Source: Candidatus Thorarchaeota archaeon (GTDB lineage: Archaea > Asgardarchaeota > Thorarchaeia > Thorarchaeales > Thorarchaeaceae). Taken from it: 10,812 nucleotides of DNA. The notes under the pieces were generated by a model. That model was not told the origin of the DNA and did no database searches. It saw only the letters and a program-made list of their open reading frames with translations. A program made the position numbers and the translations under genes. Position 1 is the first letter of the stretch; the number at the start of each line of letters is the position of its first letter. Of the stretch, positions 1 to 6,082 are shown piece by piece. The stretch lies in the NCBI GenBank assembly GCA_038893995.1, contig JAWAQK010000018.1:1-10812 (forward strand), written 5' to 3'.

Positions 1-39
1 TCTCATCTCCTGCGGATCCTTGACCTCGATCGTGTTCAT
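1..39 (-). CDS. Possible 5' end of a gene running off the left edge (MNTIEVKDPQEMR...), product unknown
   Basis: ATG at 39-37 with an open frame to the window edge. The in-frame upstream stretch is short, with a TAA about 18 codons upstream. Only 13 codons are visible. Confidence 0.4.
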   Translation of the reverse strand, partial: MNTIEVKDPQEMR

Positions 40-99
40 TCGGAGAGCAGAACTTGGCTGCAGTCTGTGGGAGTTTATCACTATGGGCACTTACCTATG

Positions 100-393
100 A
101 CATACCCTCTATCTCGACTTGATACCTGGTCCAGCATGCGATTATCGGACCGTGCTGAACCTCAGTCTGCGAGAGGTTGAGTGTAGTCTCTGCTGACATC
201 GGGGACCTACGGGCCCATCTCAATCCTGGAATTTCGGCCAAGTGTCCGTTGCCACTGAACTCCTGTACGTGAGTCTGACGCCTTGAGTACCGAACTTGGA
301 TCAGTGACTCCAGTCACTGGCCTCAGAGTTGCAGACCATCGAGGTCAAGGTATGCAACACCCCACAGACACTATTGCCAAGATAGAGATATGT
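100..393 (-). ncRNA. Candidate structured non-coding RNA or leader, family unassigned
   Basis: An 18-bp terminal helix 393-376/118-100 (one bulge, three G-U pairs that form only on the minus strand). A 9-bp helix 372-364/249-241 (one G-U, minus only). Hairpins at 358-328, 319-302, 178-158 and 151-128. No credible ORF in the interval. Confidence 0.6.
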
Positions 394-414
394 AACCACA
401 GAGATGGCGTTGAA

Positions 415-816
415 TCAACGAATACGCCGAATTGCAGTAAGATCTTCCAAGAACAGGATGCCGAAGATCAGATCTCCCGTGACTACCAAGAGTAGCGTAG
501 GTGTGGCCTGCATGAAGAGGAAGTAGAGTAGGCCCACCACAAACACCCATGTCTTCTCGAAGGAGGCAATCATTATCAGACCGTGATTCTCCTTCTCATT
601 GCGGCTCACAATAAAGAACCCCAGACCGAAGGCGAAGACCAGGCCCATGAACGCATCAAACCAGATCATGTTCTCCCGAGCGGGGATTATGGGCCCTGCC
701 AGATAGAAGTAGTCCATGCTTATCCTGGGCAGGCTCAGAAACAGAATGGCAAGTATCCAATTCCAAAGTGCCGCGATGAGGAACAGCATGCGATGGTAAT
801 TGTGCCGGTCCATCAT
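415..816 (-). CDS. Hypothetical 4-TM integral membrane protein (~133 aa; start at ATG 816 or 813 rather than 933)
   Basis: Four hydrophobic segments (LFLIAALWNWILAILFL, AFMGLVFAFGLGFFIV, WVFVVGLLYFLF, LLLVVTGDLIFGILFL). SD-like GGTGA at 822-818 and TATA-like TTATAT at 853-848 favour the downstream start. Confidence 0.75.
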   Translation of the reverse strand: MMDRHNYHRMLFLIAALWNWILAILFLSLPRISMDYFYLAGPIIPARENMIWFDAFMGLVFAFGLGFFIVSRNEKENHGLIMIASFEKTWVFVVGLLYFLFMQATPTLLLVVTGDLIFGILFLEDLTAIRRIR

Positions 817-847
817 ATCACCGTCCAATCTTGCCAGCGCGACCCAG

Positions 848-853
848 ATATAA
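848..853 (-). promoter_or_regulatory. Putative archaeal TATA box for the 4-TM protein gene
   Basis: Minus-strand TTATAT about 32 nt upstream of ATG 816, in an otherwise ~50% GC intergenic region. Confidence 0.4.
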
Positions 854-982
854 GTACGAGCCTCGCATCTCCTGTGTCTGGACGCACCTAACACCGGGTG
901 GAGAACGACCTCTATCACACAACCTATGTCCATCTCGAATCATTGATATTGGGATGCCCATTCTCCGCATCAGGGACCGCCA

Positions 983-2095
983 TTGAAGACAGAGTCAATA
1001 CAGATTGCAACGGGTGCTGCTACTCTGTCCGCCATAACATTCGTGCCCATATTCGCACGTGAATCAATGGGGGCCGATGAGTTCTTTGTCAGCCTCCTAG
1101 TAGGGAGCTACGCCTCAGCCTCATTCATATCGTCCTATCTGTCTGGACGTGCTGGCGATATTCACGGACGACGGTCCGTACTTAGGGTGGGCCTACTCCT
1201 GTCTGCAGTCAGTTTCGCATTACTCTTGTTTGTTGATAGCCCGTTAACACTGTACATTGTCCGCCTCATGAACGGATTTTCCATAGGAATCTATCCAGGC
1301 GCCCTTGCGGCCTACGCCTACGACTCTCATATGAGAATGGGCCGCTTTGCCTCATTCGGTGCAGTCGGATGGGGAGCAGGCACAGTTCTTGCGGGGTTCT
1401 CTGCCCTTGTTTTCCTCGATCTCAGAGCATCCTTTGCGGTCGCCTCTCTCTTCTTCGTCATTGCGTTCGTCAGTGCTATGAGTCTGCCACCCATGGATCA
1501 ACCAAGGCTCTCCGTACCACTCTTCCCAGTGGCCACCCTCAAGCGCAATATTGCGCCTTATGTTGCGGTCCTCGTACGTCATAGCAGCGCATCAGCAGTA
1601 TGGACATTCTGGCCGCTCTTTCTCAGGAGTCTTGGTGGGGACTATCTGATGATCTCTACGATACAGTGCATCAATTCGTTCGCACAGGTCGTATTCATGG
1701 CCGCCATAACCGACCGCCTAGACTCACGACGGCTCGTTTCGATCGGGCTTGTCAGCAGTAGCGTCACATTCCTGTCCTTTACTGTTGCCACGGATATCCT
1801 CGAACTGTTGCCCACTCAGGTATTGCTAGGTTTCTCGTGGGCTTGTCTGTATGTGGGTGCGCTGCGCTTCGTTGTTGAGAACAATGAGGAACGCGCCACA
1901 TCGGTAGGCCTCTTGCAATCGATACTATCGATCTCTAGTGTCATTGGTCCTGTCATTGCTGCGATTCTCTTCTCGGTTTTTCAAGACTACATCCCAATAA
2001 TGAGGTTTGCAGCCATCAGCTCGGTAGCCAGCCTTGTACTCTTCCTAGCCCTTAGCCGCAGTTCACAGGCTGTAAGCCCAAAGCCACACATGTGA
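983..2095 (+). CDS. Major facilitator superfamily (MFS) transporter
   Basis: 370 aa with about 12 hydrophobic helices in two halves. MFS motif A appears as GRAGDIHGRR in loop 2-3 and as AITDRLDSRR in loop 8-9. TTG start. Confidence 0.92.
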   Translation: MKTESIQIATGAATLSAITFVPIFARESMGADEFFVSLLVGSYASASFISSYLSGRAGDIHGRRSVLRVGLLLSAVSFALLLFVDSPLTLYIVRLMNGFSIGIYPGALAAYAYDSHMRMGRFASFGAVGWGAGTVLAGFSALVFLDLRASFAVASLFFVIAFVSAMSLPPMDQPRLSVPLFPVATLKRNIAPYVAVLVRHSSASAVWTFWPLFLRSLGGDYLMISTIQCINSFAQVVFMAAITDRLDSRRLVSIGLVSSSVTFLSFTVATDILELLPTQVLLGFSWACLYVGALRFVVENNEERATSVGLLQSILSISSVIGPVIAAILFSVFQDYIPIMRFAAISSVASLVLFLALSRSSQAVSPKPHM

Positions 2096-2279
2096 CATAA
2101 GCGACCGAGGGCATTCGTTGACAACTGGGCTCTGTAGCAAATTGCCCTGTGACACCTGGAGCCGCCTGGATGTCTGGATCACAGTCTGTCCCCTCGTTCT
2201 TTGGCAGCCTGAACTCCGATTCGACTGCTTCTCCTTCGCAGTAATCTCTTATGACTGCCCATCTTCGTACGGAGCCCCG

Positions 2280-2660
2280 TCATATCTTTCCGATGAGACT
2301 GACTGCTGCTCTCCCAAGGTCAACAACCGTCAGTTCCGGTACTGAGTCCGGGGTCGACCATGCCAAGAGCCAGGTTGTCCCATCGACAAGAAAGGTCAGG
2401 AAGTTTCCCCCATCATCTGCAGTCGAAACGTAGTACTCAGGAGTCGATGTGATTCTTCGATAGCTCACTCCATTAATCGTGACGGAGGGTGTAGCCTCCT
2501 TCGCAGCTGAGACCAGTGCTTCAGCAACTGGCACCAGATCCCAATTGGATGTCTGCCAGATGACCTCCGAGCCGCGGCAAACCGCGAAGGCCTGTATCTT
2601 AGGATTATGACCATACAGTGTTGCCCACGCTTTCTCGATCTCGGACACTCCATCGACCAT
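2280..2660 (-). CDS. Asgard-type profilin paralogue 2 (divergent, acidic)
   Basis: 126 aa. The pattern IQAFAV..EVIWQTSNWDL..SVTINGVSY..STPE..GG..AWSTP..VD.GRAA..L.GKI follows the Asgard profilin layout (Loki-type QTENW, SI.GIKY, G.G). About 40% identical to its neighbour by hand alignment. AGGAG SD upstream. Confidence 0.8.
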   Translation of the reverse strand: MVDGVSEIEKAWATLYGHNPKIQAFAVCRGSEVIWQTSNWDLVPVAEALVSAAKEATPSVTINGVSYRRITSTPEYYVSTADDGGNFLTFLVDGTTWLLAWSTPDSVPELTVVDLGRAAVSLIGKI

Positions 2661-2691
2661 CGTCTTATTCTCCTTTCTGGCAGAGCGCAGT

Positions 2692-2717
2692 GGGTGCGGA
2701 TTTGATCAACCGCACCC
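2692..2717. terminator. Intergenic stem-loop between the two profilin genes (mRNA stabiliser, attenuator or processing site)
   Basis: Perfect 8-bp GC-rich inverted repeat GGGTGCGG/CCGCACCC with a 10-nt loop, 14 nt after the profilin-1 stop. Confidence 0.55.
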
Positions 2718-2731
2718 CTCAGTACCCTTGA

Positions 2732-3112
2732 CTAGATCTTTCCCTTGAGTCGTTTGGCTGCTCTGTCCACATCAACATACACCTGATCTGGAGCAGCATT
2801 GGGACTCGCCCAAGCCACAACAAACTTGTCGTTGTCGATTCTTGCCAGAAGAAGTATTCCATTACCCGCAACACTCCGGGCCACAAGACTCTCCGGCGTG
2901 GAGCGTATAGTGCTGTACTTTACTTGGTTCTGTACTACAGACGCAGCCCTCTGAGCAACGGCCGAGCTCAGTGCAGGTGCGTCAGCAGTCAGGTCCCAGT
3001 TGTTGCTCTGCCACAGAACTCTTCCAGATGTAGTTATAACTCCGAATGCCTGAATCATTTGGTTCGAGTCATTGTAAGCCTGTGTGTATGCTTCCATTAC
3101 TGGATCTGTCAC
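2732..3112 (-). CDS. Asgard-type profilin paralogue 1 (actin-binding motif retained)
   Basis: 126 aa containing GRVLWQSNNWDL, NQVKYSTIRST (compare human profilin-1 GQKCSVIRDS) and GNGILLL, with a basic C-terminal helix RAAKRLKGKI. GTG start 6 nt after SD GGGGTGA. Confidence 0.88.
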   Translation of the reverse strand: MTDPVMEAYTQAYNDSNQMIQAFGVITTSGRVLWQSNNWDLTADAPALSSAVAQRAASVVQNQVKYSTIRSTPESLVARSVAGNGILLLARIDNDKFVVAWASPNAAPDQVYVDVDRAAKRLKGKI

Positions 3113-3169
3113 ATTTCTTCACCCCGTGATGTTGGACTCTGTGGTCTGCTATGCTCTAGCATGGCATCA

Positions 3170-3183
3170 CATTTTAAGTTAAT
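3170..3183. promoter_or_regulatory. AT-rich putative bidirectional TATA region between the divergent profilin and DUF167 genes
   Basis: ATTTTAAGTTAAT is the only AT-rich island in the 100-bp divergent spacer. It reads TTTTAAG on + and CTTAAAAT on -. Confidence 0.45.
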
Positions 3184-3212
3184 CCAGACAGCCTCCACCA
3201 TGCGATGGACCG

Positions 3213-3521
3213 ATGTCAGATACCATGCTACGACAGACGGACAAAGGTGTCCTCCTCAGAGTGCATGTGAGGTTCAATCCCAGAGAGCGTCGGCTTGTCA
3301 CGGAACTCCACGACGAAGTTGCAATAGTCAACATTCATTCGCTTCCAGAAGGTGGCAAGGCAAATGCCGAACTCGTCAAACGACTGGCGAAAATACTCGG
3401 AGTTTCGACTTCCGACGTAGTCATTGCTTCTGGTTCTAGGTCACGTGAGAAGATCATTCTGGTCTCTGGTCTCAGGACTGATGAGGTCCGCGCGTCACTT
3501 GAACGCTCCCTAGGTGAGTAG
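3213..3521 (+). CDS. DUF167 / UPF0235 (YggU-like) protein
   Basis: 102 aa with the family signature P.GGKAN.EL...LA..LGV....V.I.SG..SR.K. Confidence 0.9.
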   Translation: MSDTMLRQTDKGVLLRVHVRFNPRERRLVTELHDEVAIVNIHSLPEGGKANAELVKRLAKILGVSTSDVVIASGSRSREKIILVSGLRTDEVRASLERSLGE

Positions 3522-3562
3522 ATAAGTACCCTCCATCTTGAAACCTTCTCGGCCATACACAG

Positions 3563-6082
3563 GTGAGGTCATCAGTGCCCGGTCGACAGATCTCCCGATT
3601 CATTTCGGCATCAAGTGCAGCTGCAGGCATGTTGGTGGTGGCCACATCGATATTGTCAGGTCGACTTGATATCACATCAGTAGTCACAATGGGCTCCTTG
3701 GTCTATGTGATACATGCATCTCTGTTCAGACCCGCACCGACCGTGAGAGAGTCTGCTATCGCACTGATGTCTGTCTTGGTGTACTCAGCTGCGCTGGCGC
3801 TGGTTGGAAACCTCACAGAGTCCATGATGCTCTTAGGAGTAGTCGTTCTCTATGTCACACTAGTGGGGCGACCTCGCCTCCTAGCAGACCTGGACCGACG
3901 ACCGACAAGGATGTTATGTGTAGGTCTGTTCTCCGCAGGTGCTGCATATGCTGTCTTTGCAATGCTGAATGGAAGGGCCTCCGATCCCACCACAATCATC
4001 GCACTGACCGTTGAGATGCTATTGGTTGTAGCCTCACTCAGGGTTCATCATCTTTCGAATAGGGCGTATCTTGCTCTCGGCCTTCTGATGGTCCTGTTTC
4101 CCGTCCTTGCATTGGCAATGGACCTTGTCACAGAGCTGGTGCTGATGGTGAGTGCAGGTGTAGCCGCCTACATGATCCTGATGAGTAATCCAAGGTTTCC
4201 ACTGACGAAGAGAGCCTTGTCAACTGGGTTGGTAGTAGGAACAGTCATGACCTTCCTGGGCATATACCTCTCACTCAAGCTTGGCATCATCTACTTCGTA
4301 GGCGCAGAGATGTTGGGGGCAATCCTACTTGGCGCACGGGGCGGCTACACGAAGGAGGAGAATACAATTGTTGTTACGATTGCCAACAGCTCCTCAATGA
4401 TATCGGTTGGAACGCTCATCACCATTCCTGCAATTGCAATATTCGATAGTCCTGTCGACCCCATCGCACCGACTCTGTTGACATATGAGTTCATCGCGTT
4501 TCTTACTGGTATGAGCGCCGTGCTCGGAATCATGCTACTCTTGCCCTTCCGGGAGCGTTTCGAGAACGATCCATGGCCTCAGGTGCGGCCACAGGCAGAG
4601 TGTATTGTGTCCATAGGTTCTGATAGAGTCGCCAAGCGTAATGTCCTGACAGGAGTCCTGCTCTCTGTGGGATTCTCTGGATCTCTGAGAACGGTCGAGC
4701 AAGTCACATCCAGGCGTATTGTGTCGTTACCGAATGCGCTTGTCGGTTCTGTCCCCGAGTGGATCGGGCTGAGCACATCTCCGCTCATTGCCGCGATTGG
4801 TTATTTTGTCGGCTGGAAGCGGGCCGTATCACTCGTGATCGGAAGTTGCATCTCACTGGGCATATGGTTGGCTCTAGAGGGTGCAGCCCCTCTGCAGTTC
4901 TCAGAACACATTCGTCGTCCAGAAATACTCTACTTGGTCCTGGGCTGCTTTGGAGCAATCGTCACGGGTGACATGGTTGCATCTAGAAAGAATGCAGTAC
5001 TCTCGCCCACGATCTTTGAAGAGTACACGAATCATAGAAACGCGTTGCTGGATGATGGCTTCCTGATAGATGCGCCCCACAATGCATCTGAGATTCGTAG
5101 AGTCATCCGTACTCGTACCGAATTGGTTTCAATCAGCGAGATCCGCAATGAGATTCGTGCCATAATAGAGAATCCTCGCGCATACCTTCGTTCCAAACAG
5201 GGCCGGTTACCCTATTGGTTGAGTTTCCTGTCCCTTGGCATCTTTACGGTGGTCGGAGTCGTGGTCTTCTCTGTGTTGAGAGCATTTCAGCCGCTAGAGA
5301 TTCACTGGCTGTTGTTCATACTAGGGGCGCCCCTTGTTCTCGTGTCTGCTTACTTCACGGCCAGAGCAATAAGTGAGACCGCAATGCTAGCGGGCTATAT
5401 CTCCGACGTAATTGCAATCCCCGCAATTGTTTTCCTTCGAGTGTCGTTTGCTGCAATGACCTCGTTCATGGCAATGGTCGGCTCTCTCCAAGACTCTGCC
5501 ATTGCCGCGTTGCTTCACATCAAGCTAGGATCGCTCACCGGAGTCAGGGCCCGGGATGTGCTCAAGGCCGTATTCATCGGCATCATGCTGGCCACCATTT
5601 CGGGTGCCCTCATGATATACGGGATCTATAGGGTATATGGCTTCGGAGGCAGTGACTTTCCCAGCCCAACAGCCCAGCTATTTGGTTTCCTCTTGACCGG
5701 TCTCCAGGGCCTGAGTGATTTCAGGTTGCCTGGCATGACAGTTCCGTTTTCGATTTCACTGGAGTTCTTCGTGTCATTTCTCTACCTGATGTCATTCGCT
5801 GTCGGAGGCTATCTGCTGGGACGGGAGTTGAATAGGCGCGGGGCGAGTGCAATCAGCCTTGCGGTAGGTTTCCTCATCCCGCCTGCCACATCTCTGGCCA
5901 TACTCTTGGGCGGTTTCCTTGAACTGAAGTCGACAAATCCCCCCTCTAGCGAGACATGCATGAGTCAGGAGGTACCGAATCGGCAACGTCTCAATCGCAT
6001 ACTCAGTGGGATAATCGCAGGGGAGGCGATAGTCACGTTTCTCTGGGTCATGGGAGGTGCACTGAGTCTGCTCCTGCTCTAA
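3563..6082 (+). CDS. OPT/YSL-family oligopeptide or metal-chelate transporter with an extra N-terminal membrane domain
   Basis: OPT motifs begin near aa 213: LTKRAL..G...G.....IYLSLKLG, EENTIVVT.A, WP....AE, SP....GYFVG, KLG.LTG, FPSPTA and LSGIIAGEA. The start may be the in-frame GTG at 3575, which follows GGTGAGG. Confidence 0.85.
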   Translation: MRSSVPGRQISRFISASSAAAGMLVVATSILSGRLDITSVVTMGSLVYVIHASLFRPAPTVRESAIALMSVLVYSAALALVGNLTESMMLLGVVVLYVTLVGRPRLLADLDRRPTRMLCVGLFSAGAAYAVFAMLNGRASDPTTIIALTVEMLLVVASLRVHHLSNRAYLALGLLMVLFPVLALAMDLVTELVLMVSAGVAAYMILMSNPRFPLTKRALSTGLVVGTVMTFLGIYLSLKLGIIYFVGAEMLGAILLGARGGYTKEENTIVVTIANSSSMISVGTLITIPAIAIFDSPVDPIAPTLLTYEFIAFLTGMSAVLGIMLLLPFRERFENDPWPQVRPQAECIVSIGSDRVAKRNVLTGVLLSVGFSGSLRTVEQVTSRRIVSLPNALVGSVPEWIGLSTSPLIAAIGYFVGWKRAVSLVIGSCISLGIWLALEGAAPLQFSEHIRRPEILYLVLGCFGAIVTGDMVASRKNAVLSPTIFEEYTNHRNALLDDGFLIDAPHNASEIRRVIRTRTELVSISEIRNEIRAIIENPRAYLRSKQGRLPYWLSFLSLGIFTVVGVVVFSVLRAFQPLEIHWLLFILGAPLVLVSAYFTARAISETAMLAGYISDVIAIPAIVFLRVSFAAMTSFMAMVGSLQDSAIAALLHIKLGSLTGVRARDVLKAVFIGIMLATISGALMIYGIYRVYGFGGSDFPSPTAQLFGFLLTGLQGLSDFRLPGMTVPFSISLEFFVSFLYLMSFAVGGYLLGRELNRRGASAISLAVGFLIPPATSLAILLGGFLELKSTNPPSSETCMSQEVPNRQRLNRILSGIIAGEAIVTFLWVMGGALSLLLL

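Noticed and set aside
100-393. SRP RNA, RNase P RNA or cobalamin riboswitch as the identity of the structured region
   Set aside because: The size and terminal helix fit SRP or RNase P, but the SRP helix-8 motif and the RNase P P4 consensus are missing on both strands. GCCACTG (251-257) lacks the rest of the B12-riboswitch consensus.
100-393. MITE with imperfect terminal inverted repeats
   Set aside because: No target-site duplication and no transposase nearby. The mismatches resolve as G-U pairs on one strand, which favours RNA structure, though a second copy elsewhere in the genome cannot be excluded.
817-933. N-terminal 39 aa of the 172-aa ORF call
   Set aside because: It spans the divergent promoter region. 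The TATA-like and SD signals point to ATG 816 or 813.
2096-2279. 184-bp convergent spacer with three CTGGA copies, short hairpins and ORF 2118-2345
   Set aside because: The repeats and stems are only 5-6 bp and within chance. The ORF has no recognisable features and overlaps profilin 2 in antisense.
2052-2282. Frame stays open ~75 codons after the profilin-2 TGA (possible Sec or readthrough extension)
   Set aside because: Both paralogues end identically at L.GKI, so the stop is real. The extension looks random, overlaps the MFS gene, and no convincing SECIS was seen.
3270-3281. GGTTCAATCCC, resembling a tRNA T-arm
   Set aside because: It lies within the DUF167 coding sequence, and no cloverleaf can be built.
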